Assembly (NCBI GenBank): GCA_951406725.2 | Contig: OX597825.1 | Span: forward strand, 84,196,001 to 84,260,000 | Length of the DNA: 64,000 bases | Direction of reading: 5' to 3' | Source of the DNA: Octopus vulgaris | Taxonomy: Eukaryota | Part shown: one piece after another, positions 44,910 to 58,866 of the stretch | How positions within the stretch are numbered: the first letter of the stretch is position 1 | How the letters are laid out: each line of letters begins with the position of its first letter | Position numbers and translations under genes: made by a program | The notes under the pieces: model-generated | Database searches by the model: none | What the model was told of the DNA's origin: nothing | What the model saw: the letters and a program-made list of their open reading frames with translations, nothing else

Positions 44910-45532
44910 TCAGAAATGTGTTAGTTTGAACCGCGTTAATGGTGATATTACAAGGACTGCTAAAGTCGAGACAGAAGTCCCGATTAGAAAAATCCAGAAG
45001 AGTATTCTGTCTACAACTTGGGCTACTCGTCTCCATTCCTGCATCATTTCGTAATCTCTATCTTCTCTTTCGTGTTTGTCGATGATTCTTCGCAGGGCTT
45101 TCAATATTTCTTCGTTGGTGCGCGCATGAGACCAGGAGGTCCGCTCTGAGTGTTTTAAATTGTTTTCGTTCTGGTGTACATTGTGCAAGCATTCAGATCT
45201 TTCGGCAATCCGCGTGCCGTGACACTCCACTACTGTAACTGTGTCGGTGATCTTGCTGTCTAACTGGATTTCACTCTGAAGTTCTTGAGCAATATTTTCA
45301 AGGGTGAGTTTCAGGGAGACATTCCGAATGAAATGACCATCATCGGAATAGCAGTGGCTGTAGGACGGTTCACTGCTGACACAGAAAAAGTGTGAGAGCT
45401 TTTCGAGGAAAACCTTTCGTATCCAGATGGGAACACCATGTTTACTTGGTCCACGATGGTGAAGGTTTAACACTAGAACTGTCATAATGACAGATACTGA
45501 GGTCAAGGACATTACAATGGTCAGGTATATAC
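44910..45532 (-). CDS. Nicotinic acetylcholine receptor subunit, last coding exon (M3, intracellular loop, M4, stop)
   Basis: Acceptor tttctag| at 45533; splices in frame to give VPLI-S-IYLTIVMSLTSVSVIMTVLVLNLHHR (M3). MA/M4 motif QEWRRVAQVVDRILFWIF present; TGA at 44910-44912. Confidence 0.95.
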
Positions 45533-46155
45533 CTAGAAACAAAGAGAAAAACAACAAATCATTGTTTAGAAGACTAAATATTTCACAGACAGGTTACTTC
45601 ATCGAATTTCAATTTCGTAAATAACTTTAGATACATTGTAACAATGTTTTACATGGTTTTCTTCATAAAAATAAAGTTTCGAAGATATTTTAGTACAAAT
45701 TTGTGACAAATTGTTCGAAAAAAGAAACAGATCGTGTCGTATAGCCAGCTGGAGACGATGTCTCCTGGGACTAAATTACAGCAATATTCGTCCTAAACCA
45801 GGATTGCCATGTTTCGTTGGCAAACAGTCTTCACTACAAAGTACTGTTGTTGAATATCACTCGTTGTGAAATTTTGAAATAGTCTTTTTTAAATGTGTTA
45901 CATTCTTTATAGACTTTTAAATATAATTTCCGGTTTTCTTCACGGAAATAAATATAATTAAAAAACGTATTGCAAGAGCAACTTACAGTTGAAAAGATTA
46001 TTTAATACTAGAACATCTTAATATTGTCTCGAGAGAAGAAGAGAATATGATATTTCATTTGTAATCACTGGATTCAGTTATGGTAGTTGATTTAGCTATA
46101 ATAAGACGGACGTTAAAGGATGAAGATAATGATGTATGGATGTGTGTGTGTATGC

Positions 46156-46199
<44 letters not shown>

Positions 46200-46214
46200 A
46201 TAATTTGTACTTAC

Positions 46215-46750
46215 TTATAAGTGGGACAAATTCTGAGGTTTCTGGAAGATTCTCTGCGACTGCAAGCATGAAGACAGAGAAAGCTAGGAGAACTGTGATT
46301 CCTAGGGCGATCTTCTCACCAGAATCTGGAGGTAGACAGAAGACTAACAGCGTTAATGCAGACATCATGATACAAGGAAACACTACATTGTACATGTAGT
46401 ATAAGATCCGACGTCGAATGTGGACAAAGAAGGTCACATCGGGAAAGGGTTCCGGGCAGCAGCTGTACGTGACTACGTTGCGGACGATTTTGATGGACAG
46501 AAGCTCCCACTCGCCGTTGACCACATAATTAGAAAGGTCCACTTCACTGGTCTGGTTTGTTACATCCACTTGAAACCCATCGTATGTCCATGAACCAAAT
46601 TTCAGTTTACACATCTGCTCGTCAAACGGGAAATAAGTGACGTCCACTTTGCAGGAACTTTGAAGCTTGGTTGGTATGGGCCAAAACACTTCTCCTGTAT
46701 GTTTAACCATGGCGTTAGCTGGCATCAAACCCTCCGTGTATTCAGCAGCA
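46215..46750 (-). CDS. Nicotinic acetylcholine receptor alpha-type subunit, internal exon (C-terminal half of ligand-binding domain, M1, M2); molluscan alpha9/alpha10-like or alpha7-like
   Basis: Translation has the Cys-loop CKVDVTYFPFDEQMC, loop B WTYDG, loop C YSCCPEPF with vicinal cysteines, M1, PPDSGEK linker and M2 IALGITVLLAFSVFMLAVAE. Acceptor tcttgcag| at 46751 and donor |gtaagt at 46214; exon length 536 nt fits phase 2 start and phase 1 end. Confidence 0.95.
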
Positions 46751-47641
46751 CTGCAAGATATCAAGCATATTATAATATACAATTAGGTATTTGGCGTATT
46801 TATTGTCACGTACTATTTTATAAAATCTAAGTTAACGACTAATAACATATAAGATGATGTATTGAGATGTACTAAGTATAATTTTGCAGAACTAAAACAT
46901 ATTTACAACGGAGCAGAAGTTTATACCATGCAATTTATAATTTCTGTATTGGTATTGTGTTGGTATAAATGGTTCAAGTAAAGCAGTTCCTGACGGGCAA
47001 CAGAATGCATAAAATTTATAATAGTACGGTGCAATATGTTACTATATGACATTCTACAAATGGCTGGTATCACGTGTACAAAATACGATATTTCAAGTCA
47101 GCAACGAAATGTTTATGTGGTCAATCGACTTGCTAGAGATAGCATTAAAATCCCCCCCCCTTCTGTTTTGAAATAAGATATACACATTCGCCGATTTTCA
47201 CTTATCGCGGTGAGGGATGGTATTAGAACGTAAAACCCGCGATAGTCGAGTGATTCCTGTATATATGTGTGTATGTTTATGTGTGTTTGTGCGTATGTGT
47301 ACAGAGGCATAACTGTATCAACAAAACCACATACATCAACAAGCGCATGTCTGGCACATATATACATACGTGTACCCCCCTCACACACACATATTCATAT
47401 GAGTGTAAGCGTGTGCGCGCGTGTTTATGTATATGAACATATGATTATAGATATCCAATAATAGGTTTGCAAATCCAAGCATATAACTGCGCTGAAAGAT
47501 AGAGACACAATTATGCGCATACACACATACATACACGCACAAACACACACACACTTAAATATATACATGTATGTGCCTATAAGTGTGTTTGTATGTATAT
47601 ATGTATGCGTATGTATATATCTGCCTATATATATGTGTGTA

Positions 47642-47722
<81 letters not shown>

Positions 47723-48303
47723 GCATATATATATGTATATTCGTATATATTTAAATATGCGCTCGTGTAGTGCGTCAATATGTTCAATTTCTTCAATTGT
47801 TGACCTACAAAACTGTATTCGTCGTCGATAAAAGTAAGTTTCTCTCTGAAACTAGGTCAACCGGTGATTTACATCAAAGTCTGTTTATCATTCTTCCCAG
47901 ACTGCATGTATCGCACAGATAACTGCTAACAATATGGCTTTGATTGACATAAGTTCTTTTTTTTTATTATTATTATTTCTTTTTACTTTATATTATTAGC
48001 TTAGGATAAATTGTCATCGTCGTCACCGTGAATTATCGTCCACCACATCGTCATCATCGTCGTCGTTCGAATAGAATGTCCTCATCACCGTCCTCCCTCT
48101 CCTCATCCTCCATCTCATCCTCCTCCTCATTATCTTAATCATTCTTTGCCTTCCTCCTCCTCCACCTCCTCCTCCTTCTCATCATGATCACCATGATCAT
48201 CATCAACATCATCGTTATCTGAAGTCGCAGCATCACTTTTGGGTGAGTGTGTAGAGAATTGTTCTTCTACTTTCTGTGCATCCGAATACTTGTTGAAGAA
48301 ATA

Positions 48304-48570
48304 AATTTAACCGAATGTCGCAAAAATAAATGAAAGAACGTGTCAAAGCAGAATAGAAATATACTGATTTCGAACCCAAGGCTTCAGGTTTTGGTCAATG
48401 ATATAGCTTAGGATATCGACCGAACGATGTGGTAATTTAACCAAATGTCGCAAAAATAAATAAAGGAACGTGACGAAGCAGAGTAGAGGGATACTGATTT
48501 CGAACCCAAGTACAAGCCTTCAGATTTTGGTCAATGATATACCTTAGTATATCGACCCAACCATTTGGTT
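48304..48570. repeat. Tandem duplication of ~130 bp
   Basis: aatttaacc(g/a)aatgtcgcaaaaataaat...atactgatttcgaacccaag...ttttggtcaatgatata occurs twice in tandem. Confidence 0.85.
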
Positions 48571-49019
48571 CATATATCCTTTTATCAATCCCCCCCAAAA
48601 AACGAATATCAAGTTTAGAACATAAAAAAGGCGCAACTAATTACACAAAGATATTATGTCCGATGCTCCGCCGATGTTGATAATTTCAAAAATATTAACA
48701 AGAAAATTTATTGCCTCAGTTTAACATGACTTGTTGGAGGCATTCAAATTATGAGTTTCAATGGCGCTATAATTACATATATTGTATAATTTGCAAGTCA
48801 CATTGCTGCTCCACCACAACCTGCTAAATTTGCTATCAATAAATCGAGTTGAATATAAGATATCTCTTTCATGCGTTCGTTTGTGTTGAAGTAAGTCAAT
48901 CGTCTTTAAGTAAATCGGTCTTTGCTTTGTCGCTCATCCAAAACTTGTAAATTACCGCACAGCAGACAGCTTTTCAAAATTGGCAACTGAAATCTTAAAG
49001 ACCATATTATATCACAAAG

Positions 49020-49610
49020 ACAACAACTACTACACCGCCAGTTCCACCACCAATACCACCACGACCACCACTAAGAGGACGACGACCACCACTAAGAGGA
49101 CGACGACCACGACCACCACTACGACGACGACGACGACCACCACCACCACCACCACCACTATCACCGCCACCACCACTATCACCACCACCACCACTAGCAC
49201 CACCACCACCACCACCAACCACTACCACCACCACCAAACACCACAACCACCACCACCACCACTATCACCACCACCACCACTATCTCCACCACCACCACCA
49301 TTATCACCACCACCATTATCACCAACACCACCACCACCACCACCACTATCACCACCACCACCACTATCACCACCACCATTATCACCACCACCACCACTAT
49401 CACCACCACTATCACCACCACTATCACCACCACCACCACCACCATCACCACCACCACTATCACCACAACCAGCACCAGCACCACCACTATCACCACAACC
49501 ACTACCACGAACACCATCACCACTATCACCACAACCACTACCACTATCACCACACCACCACTACCACCACCACCACCACCACCACCACCACCACTACCAC
49601 CACCACCAAT
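49020..49610. repeat. (CAC/CCA)n compound microsatellite in the nAChR intron
   Basis: accaccaccactatc-type repeats. Confidence 0.95.
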
Positions 49611-50389
49611 GCCAACACGGTGTATCTAAATACGTTTGGCTGAAATAAAGTTTTGTTTTCCGTTTGTTCTTTCGTATTTATTGATTTGTTCTAAAATTGT
49701 TATCAAGTAGTTCGCTATGAAAAATTAAAAAAAATAAAAATAATAAAATAAAATGAAAAGAAATCATATAAAATAAGTAAATAAAACACAATAAAAGAGG
49801 AAAGGAAGAAAGACATTTTTTTTCTTCAATTAGTTATTCAAAGCAAATTCTTCAATAATTTCAACTCAAATTTAACGAATAACTGGTCATTTGTATGAAC
49901 GAATCTTCGCCGTTTGTAATCTTCTAATTATAGTAAATTAGCAGCGACTTCTTAATTAGCTGGTCATCCAAAAGTCTGTTGCTGAAGATGTGTCAACTAC
50001 GTAACAGGGAAGATGAAGTTACTATGCGAAAACAATGCGTGAAAATCTTCAGAAATAAAATAATCTTCCACAAAAGAAAAATTATAAGAAATATGGAAGT
50101 AAAAGAGACGAAGACATCAAGAATATAAACGAAGAATATATATATAAAAATGAAGAATATATATAAAAAAATAGAATGGAAAAGCAAGCGTTTCCTTCCT
50201 TCTTTAATAAAGATTCTAATTAAAGTGATCAAAGGAAGATATTATGTGATATGAAGAATAAAAACAAAATATATGTGAAGAAAAAATATATAAATAATGA
50301 AAATCGCAGTAAAATTATATAATTTTTTACTTAAGAAAGTAATCTTTTCATAAATTAAACACACACAGATACAACTACATACACACACA

Positions 50390-50421
<32 letters not shown>

Positions 50422-51575
50422 TACATACGCAGAGTGTCCCAGAATTAACTATCTATTTCAATGAAGTCGCGCAAATTAAAATAAAAATAGAGCAACAAAA
50501 TTTTATGTTTGTTATTTAATTATGATAAAACAAATAGATTTATAAATCTTACGTCAAAACTTCATTGAAAATTTTACAAGTTTCAAAATTATCCATTTTG
50601 AAGCATTTCAGGAGTTACCTCCTGCACTGCGATCTGAATTCTTTAAGTTCAGCTAAACTATTGCTCCATCCTGAGAACGGAGAATAGAGGAAATAACTGC
50701 AGTCAAATGGAAAAAATGATTGCCGCGGACAGAAAAGCGGGGTCGAACAGGTATAAATAAATTGTAAAAATTATACACTTATTTGCACCATGTGGAAAAT
50801 ATTCCACCAAAATTATCCGAATGATACTGGTATTATGTTTGCGATTCCCTTCTGTATCTTTTAGTATTCGTCCATACAAGTGTTGAAATTCATTGACATT
50901 GAAAAGCTTTAAATATTAGCTTCGCCGGACCAACACTTCGAATATTAAAGATCTCGTTACAGTTGAAATATATCAATTACACTCACATGTCGGGGCATAT
51001 TCACAATGAATCCAACTTAATATATAATCAATATTTGGGACTGGAGCCATGAAATTTGGCCCTCGTAATGATTTTAGTGTGTTGTATGTGAATTGAAACT
51101 GAAAATTTAACGAAAACTTTAACGAATAAATAGGAAGGGATTTATCTTTAGTTAAGTTTCTTCTCTTTTCAAACAAAACATTTGAACACAATATCGATCT
51201 TCTGAATTGCTTTGTGACATTTGATAGCCATTATTAAGTTTACAAAAGGGAGTAATTTCCATTTAGTGGGGCAATATTTTCAATGTCATTTAGTGAGTTT
51301 TTCAGTCGTAATTTATAGAATTTTCTCCCTTAAGCTGTAACTGTGTCCTATAATTCAACTACTGGATATATGTGAGTTAAATCGGTAAATGTCGTTAGTA
51401 TGTTCTGTTTCCAACTTCGTTCATTCTTTTATTCTATTGGGAATTAAACAACACTGCTCTAAGGCTTATAATGAATACAGCTTTTCAGCCAATAAAGGTT
51501 TCAATTTGGGAGAGGAAACGAACTTCAGACACGTGCCCGTTTTCTATTACAAAAAAAAAAACTATGGTCTTTATA

Positions 51576-51742
51576 GGGGCGCGATCGTGGTTGTTATGCT
51601 AAGAAGCTTACTTGCAAATCACATGTTCTCGGGTTCAGTCCCACTGGGTGGCACCTTGGGTAACTGTCTTCCACTATTGCTTCGGCCAAACGAAAGGCTT
51701 GTGATTTGATAGACGGAAGGTGGAAGAAGTCTCTCGTGCATA
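51576..51742 (+). mobile_element. SINE family A 5' part
   Basis: gggttcagtcccactgggtggcaccttggg...ggccaaacgaaaggcttgtga. Confidence 0.8.
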
Positions 51743-51849
51743 AATGGGTATGTACATATATATATGTGTGTGTATCGCCCTACTTACCATTTTCTCTTTC
51801 TTCTCTTTATATGTATATATGTATATGCGTAAGAATGTATGTGCGTATG

Positions 51850-51884
<35 letters not shown>

Positions 51885-51948
51885 GTACACACGATGACAT
51901 ACACAAACACACCGAGACCCCACACACACACACACATATATATATACA

Positions 51949-53100
51949 CAGGGTACGCTGAATAAATTGTCGTCTAAATTATGCAAAAATAAAAATAACA
52001 TTCACGTATCATTTTAACAGTTATATCTACATAAAAATTGCATAAAAATTTCTTACAAATTACATAAAAATATCTTGAATTACAAAAGAGTAAATTTATT
52101 CAATAAAGTCGCCATTGGCTCCTTGTTTAAGTTGGCAAACGCTGCCGTAATCCTTCAGTTCATATTTGGGTGTTACAAGGGGTTTTGCTCAACTGTGCCC
52201 CACACATAATAATCAAAGGGGTTGCAGTCTGTGGAGTTAGGTGGCCAGATGATAGGTGTCATGTGGTCTTAGAAATTGTCTGACGGCCTTGTCTGGGTTC
52301 TCCTGCTTGTGTGGCATGGTGCAGAGTCCTGTTGCCAGCCATAGAGTCTTCCAGCACACACCCTCTAGACATAGAGCAGAACTACCTCGTCCAGGTTCTT
52401 GATGTAGGCCTCCGTGTTGAGTTTGAGGCTGTGTTGGAAGACGAATGGAGGCATAACGTCGCCATCACTAGTGATGACTTCAAGCACCATGATTTTGACT
52501 GGATGTTTTATTTTTATCACTCTCGGTACATGCTTTGGGGACAAGGCAAAGCCAATGGATGTTCTATGTGTTTAGCATCCGACCCTGAAAGAAAAGCCAA
52601 AGCATGTTCGGTTAGAGAGGATGCTTGAACTTTTCAAAAGCTTCGTAGCACGGTCTTTCCTCTTCTCCTTGATGGCGTAGGATAATAATTGGTCCATACT
52701 CTCCTTGTATGAGGAATACAAAATGTTTTCAGGCACTACCTGCCTGAGAAGTATTTGGACGCACTCCTCTCCCTGGCGATGGACCTAATTAACTTCGAGG
52801 GAACGTTGTCAATCATGGCCTGGAACTCACCAACAAATTCAGAAATTCCTTTTTTTACCAGAACTATCTGAGTGAGTTTTCTGAGCTACCGTAATTCCGT
52901 AATCACCATTAGATGCTTCCAAAGCTTTCCGAATGCTCTGCACTGTCCTCAAGTTGACAAACACTCTGAAATGTCCGTATTGGAGCTTCATAGTGCTGTT
53001 TTTCTCAGAGACGGTGCCCAAATGACCCTACTATAACATGTAGTCGACAAAATTGAAATAAATCAATGCGCTTGTACAAAATAAAAAAATCTACAAATCG

Positions 53101-53104
<4 letters not shown>
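51949..53104 (-). mobile_element. Tc1/mariner-superfamily DD37D (maT-type) transposon fossil
   Basis: Minus strand WQQDSAPCH...WPPNSTDCNPFDYYVW with 37 residues between the last two catalytic Asp; several stops; TIR-like cagggtacgctgaataaattgtcg at 51949. Confidence 0.88.
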
Positions 53105-53139
<35 letters not shown>

Positions 53140-53143
53140 CATA

Positions 53144-53212
<69 letters not shown>

Positions 53213-53536
53213 GTATATGTACGAATATATGCATATGCATATATCTATATATCCTAGGGCATATATTTTCAAGCATGAATGAAATTATCTGCACACATTA
53301 CAGACCATATACAATTACTAGCAAATTCAAGACGGCACATAAAATGCTACACAACACACAGACAAATACACACACATGCGCACGCATATCTGTCTCCATC
53401 TATCTTTCGTCATATATCTTTACCATATATACATATACATACACCTATACATATATACACAATATAATTGCACATAAATGTACGTACATACACACATATA
53501 TATATATATATTTATACAAACACACACACACACACG

Positions 53537-53568
<32 letters not shown>

Positions 53569-53572
53569 CACA

Positions 53573-53603
<31 letters not shown>

Positions 53604-53752
53604 TTATATATATACATGTATATATAAATATACGTATACATATGAATATACAAATGTATATATATGTAGATATATGCATATAAATATATATATACACTTA
53701 TATATATAGACACACATTGACACACATATATATATATATATGTGTATATATA

Positions 53753-53814
<62 letters not shown>

Positions 53815-54800
53815 CTGACACTCACATTCATATATATATACATATATATATATATGCGCGTTTAGATAAGCGTATACAGTGTATAAGTGCTTATATTACT
53901 ATGATACACAAAATGTTTAAAGGCATACCATATAGCCACGTATATATACACACACACTCACATACACACATGTATATAAACATAGAGAAGTATATGAAAA
54001 CAGTGAAACGCAAAGAAAGAACTCTAATTAATATTAGCAACCCTTCTGTTTCTCTTAAAAAAATGGAAAGAATCAGCACAAATAGACATCGAAAGAAAAA
54101 ACTGATGTCCTAAACGAAAACAATACAAAATATACACAACAAAACAATAGGAATAAACACCACAACAGCACAAGCTATTGATTATTCTGACACAGTTTGT
54201 GAAAAATTAATAAAATATAAATTAAATAAAGAGAAAAATTGAAAGCAATGGATTGTGAAAGAGATGCAGAAGAAGGAGAACGTGAAGAATGAGAAGGAGA
54301 AAGAGAAGAAGAAGATGGAGGGGAGAGAAAAGGAGGAGTTGAAGGAGAAGAAGGAGGAGTAGAAGGGGAAGGAGTAGAAGAAGAAGAAGAAGAAGAAGAA
54401 GAAGAAGAAGAAGAAGAAGAAGAAGAAGAATGAGGAGGAGACGGAAAATTCAAAGAAGAAGACGAAGAAGATAGGGGAAAAAGAAGGACAAGTAGAAGAA
54501 AATTAAGAATAAGAATAAGAAGAATCGTCTGGTAAAGAATAGACAAATAGATTTCATTGTGTAGACTTTTGATTCCATGTTTGGCTGGAGGGCGTTTTGG
54601 AAAATTGCTATTCAAGACTGTTGTGTTAGAAATATAAATGAGACAACGGCGATTGAGGAACGCAACAAAAAGATTAAGTAGGATGGCGTGGGGGGATCTG
54701 TAGAAATATTCACCCAAAGAAAAATATCTAATCATCATCATTATCATCATCATCATAGTTGTCATTGTTGTTATCTTTATTATTATTATTATTCTTATTA

Positions 54801-54865
<65 letters not shown>

Positions 54866-55365
54866 GTTATCTGCTTTGGCCTTTCTTCGTGTCATCTTTC
54901 TCCTTCGTCAGCACAATCACAACCGATGTGGTACCAATTTCATCAATTTTATATCAGATTCCCTGTTTTTGACACCCCTCCCCCGCATCAGACCCCTCCA
55001 ACAACCAGCAACTCCCCCCCCTGTCCGAATGCAGCAGTGTATAAAAGAAAAGAGGGGAGTGCGCATTTAGCAGGTTTTCTCAAGCTGTGAAAAGTTCTCC
55101 AGAAAACACATTATTTTGAAACGCACTCGTTTTCTGTCTTGTTTTTCTTCTTAAATTACAAAAACAAATATTTAAATTTAAAAATATAATTAAAACGAAA
55201 ACACTAAATACTCCCCCACCCCCCAAAAAAATACAAAAGCAATTCTAAATGTTCACTTATTTTATTTTATTGCCTTTTCTTTAAATATTTTTTATGTGGA
55301 GTATGTTTTTTGAATTGTTTTCATTTTATATATTTCTCAAGTAGTAACGAGAGATAAAAAAATAG

Positions 55366-55400
<35 letters not shown>

Positions 55401-55755
55401 CAAACACAAACACAGACGCGTACGCACACACATACTCTACAATTAACGAAACAAAACAAAGCTGACTTCTAAATGAATTATGATTGATTAATTATTCCCT
55501 TTTCCCATTTAAGGAGCGATATTTATCTTGTACTAAAAGCAACGTTCATGAAAAGACAAAAGAAACCCACGACCAAAACATGTAAAATGAATTAGACTTT
55601 TGAAACAAACACAAAATGTTCCGTCAATAAGTATTGAAACCTTTTAAATTTCTGGTTGAAATATATAAGCACCACGAAGAGTACATCTGACTGTGTATAT
55701 AATTAAATAAAATTCAGGTTAAAAGCTTGTAGAATGTTATGCAAATCTCTCCCCC

Positions 55756-55892
55756 ATCGCAGCCATGGCTTTGTAGTAAGACGTTAGCTTCCAAACCACC
55801 TGGTTCCAGGTTCAGTTCCGCTGTGTAGCACATTTGGCAAGTTTCTTCTGCTATAGCCTCGGATCGATCAAAGCCTTGTGAGTGGTTTATTT
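55756..55892 (+). mobile_element. SINE family A 5' part, abutting the RLE LINE fragment
   Basis: ggttccaggttcagttccgctgtgtagcacatttggcaag...aaagccttgtgagtgg. Confidence 0.75.
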
Positions 55893-56617
55893 GGTTGAAT
55901 CTAACCTAGATTCAAGGCTCCTTCATTGGAATTTCAACATCAACAACAGGGTATTGTGTATGTATGTGTGTATAAATGTGCAGATGTGAATGTTTTGCAT
56001 TATGTATGTGTTCTCATGCATATAGTTGCATATCTAGACATATATTTACATGATAAACTTCTGCAAAATTTACAGATATTTGCAGTTCCAGTGATGGATT
56101 GGATCTTTAGTCTTCGAATTAACTTCCTACTTTCTGGTTTTAGGAAGCCTAATTTCTCAAGATTAGTATTTCGGCAGCGTGTTACATATCCCAGGGTCCC
56201 AATAATTACAGGTATAAACTTGAAACTGTAATCTGGACAGAGTAACTGCAGATTTCCCAATAGTTCAGAATGGGTGTTCTTTTTTTTTACTAATCTTCAG
56301 CTTTATTTTAACAGCCGCTGAGCAGCTAATTTCCACAACTGTACACCTTTTCTATTCTCTATCCCAGATCATTGTATCAGGTCTGTTGTGCTTACATTTT
56401 GTTGAGGTATTCACGGGGACATTTTCCAAGCGTTCCTTTTCGTTATGAGTGGCTATGCCTTCTACCATACTGTGGGTTCCCATTTCTTTGTCATCGGGTT
56501 TATCCTTCCGACGGATTTCATTATAGAGTGTCCTAGCTAAACGTCATATCTCATCGGTAGATAATACCGTGGTGATATGTGGGTGCTATCTTCAGTGTGA
56601 ACACTACAAAGTCTGCA
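55893..56617 (-). mobile_element. 3' fragment of an RLE-type non-LTR retrotransposon
   Basis: Minus strand DCRLCSVHTEDSTHI (zinc knuckle start), KHNRPDTMIWDRE..VVEISC (RLE), FIPVIIGTLGYV; contains stops and frameshifts. Confidence 0.8.
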
Positions 56618-57936
56618 ATCGGCCAGTTTCCACAATGCCCTCCCCCGAACTTGCTGGCCTTGTGCTAAAATTTGAAATCAATTACTTGTAAGGTAGTAAT
56701 TAATGTTCATAAAATACATAACCTGGAAAAGATAAGACGAGAGAAAGGAGGCAGCTTTATGACGGCAACAAGTTGATGTTTTATGAGAGAAATATTCAAA
56801 AGTATCAGCTGTACTTTGGAAGTCTTCAATTATAATCACGGTTTATGATATGATGAGTGCAACTTGTTAAGCAAAAAACAAAAACAAAAAACACAAAGTT
56901 GAGACGCAGATTTATTACTAAGTGCAAACTGAACGAAATTAATTTCCGGATTAATTTGTTTTTATAAAAGTTCGGAAAACTGCCGTTATAATTAGCTCCA
57001 GAGGGAATATATAAGTTAGATTGGAAAGAGTATGTGTCGGTGGAAGAGAGAGAGAGGGAGAGAGAGGGAGAGGGAGAGAGAGAGAGAAGGGGAAGATAGA
57101 GAGGAGGTTTATGCAGTGTTAAAAGCACTGTAAGTCTTCTGTTAAACATTTCCTTCATCGCGTTACAGGTTGAGAATCAAAACCGTTATTTCTGTAAGTA
57201 AATTGAATTCAGGAAAACACATCACCGAATTATGAGCCATCATATGGTGGAATGCCATCAATCAATGTAGACTTAAAATTTTTACCTTCTAGGATTTATG
57301 GAGGGGGAGGGGTTAAAAAGGATATTTTCAAGATAGTAAGGTTTAGTGAATGATTCATTTTTCATGTTCTGTAATGTAGTTTTAAAGTTCCACAAGATTT
57401 ATGTGTTGCCGCGTTATCAACAAACAAGGAGAAAAAAATAATAGCATAATGGTTGTAAAAAACGAACAAACTATTACTGCGAGACTTACAACATAGTTTG
57501 TGCTTCCAGAGACGATCCCTCACTGAACTCGAAAGATTTATACTCGGGAGATTTACACAGCTGTCAATTACACAGAGCTGATAGTTTTAATGAGACTGGT
57601 GTCTGCTACATCGTCAATGTATATATTTACAACTTCGTAATAGAGGCTTTGGCACATTCTTGTTCCTTGTGTTCCTAATAGCTGCCTTTAAAGGGTTGAT
57701 AGAAACAGTTTATTCCTAAATTCTTTATTTAGCCAGTGTAGAGACAAAGGAATTGAGAGACGGACAGGAAGGCTAAGAGAAAAAAGAAAGAGAGAAGGAA
57801 AGGACGAGAGAGAGAGAGAGAAACAGAGAAGGAATTGGTGATTGATTAGTTCTATATTTATGTATATATGGATGTGTTGGTACAGATTGACCAAATCTTT
57901 AACAAGTGCAGTTCGCAACCACAAGCACTCGGATTC

Positions 57937-58514
57937 AATATTCTTTACTACTCTAGGTACAAGGCCCAAAATCTTTTGGGGAAGCGTCCAACCGATTAGG
58001 TTAATCCAAGTACGCAACTGGTACTTAATTTTTCGACCCTGAAAGGATGAAAAGCAAAGTCGACCTCAGCGGAATTTGAACCCAGAACGTAATGGCAGAC
58101 GAAATACTTATTTCTTTACTACCCACACCGGGCTAAACACAGAGGACAAACAAGCAAAGACAGACGGATTATATCGACTCCAGTGCGTAACTGGTACTTA
58201 ATTTATCGACCCCGAAAGGATGAAAGGCAAAGTTGACCTCGGCGGAATTTGAACCCAGAACGCAATGACAGACGAAATACCTATTTCTTTACTACACACA
58301 AGGGGCTAAACACAGAGAGGACAAACAAGGACAGACAAACGTATTAAGTCGATTATATCGAACCCAGTGCGTAACTAGTACTTGATTTATCGACCTCGAA
58401 ACGATGAAAGGCAAAGTCGACCTCGGCGGAATTTGAACTCTGAACGTAACGGTGGACGAAACACCGCTACGCATTTCGCCCGGCGAGCTAACTCTTTTGC
58501 CAGCTCGCCGCCTT
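57937..58514 (-). mobile_element. SINE family B with three tandem internal units
   Basis: Single head at 58514; g(t/c)gacctc(a/g)gcggaatttgaac recurs at 58059, 58232 and 58416; single tail near 57937. Confidence 0.85.
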
Positions 58515-58819
58515 ACATGGATTCAATATTGGGTAACGGTCATCGACCCTTGCTCAAGTCGGTCCATATATTATGAATGAAATGGTGTTGAAGGGAATTG
58601 CACAGAAGTCCCTTGTGTGGATTCAGTCTGTGTTTGAGAAGTTACAGCCGTGTGACACACTGTGCCATGATGATTCTGTCGGAGAATTACATTATAGGTA
58701 ACATGTGTCGGCGGAATACTCAGTCACTTACATGTCAATTTCATCAGCAGATAATACAATTGACCAAACAACACATCATTGAACGACGGACACCTACCAG
58801 AGTACCATATGTATGTATG

Positions 58820-58866
<47 letters not shown>

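Noticed and set aside
44910-46750. Cephalopod chemotactile receptor
   Set aside because: Loop C vicinal cysteines and loop B Trp are retained and no tandem paralogue is in the window; it fits a conventional alpha-type nAChR.
48980-49648. Extensin- or mucin-like Pro/Thr/His-rich 222-aa ORF
   Set aside because: Pure (CAC)n compound microsatellite, antisense within an intron, non-ATG start.
52311-52628. Plus-strand 105-aa ORF
   Set aside because: Antisense shadow of the DD37D transposase fossil.
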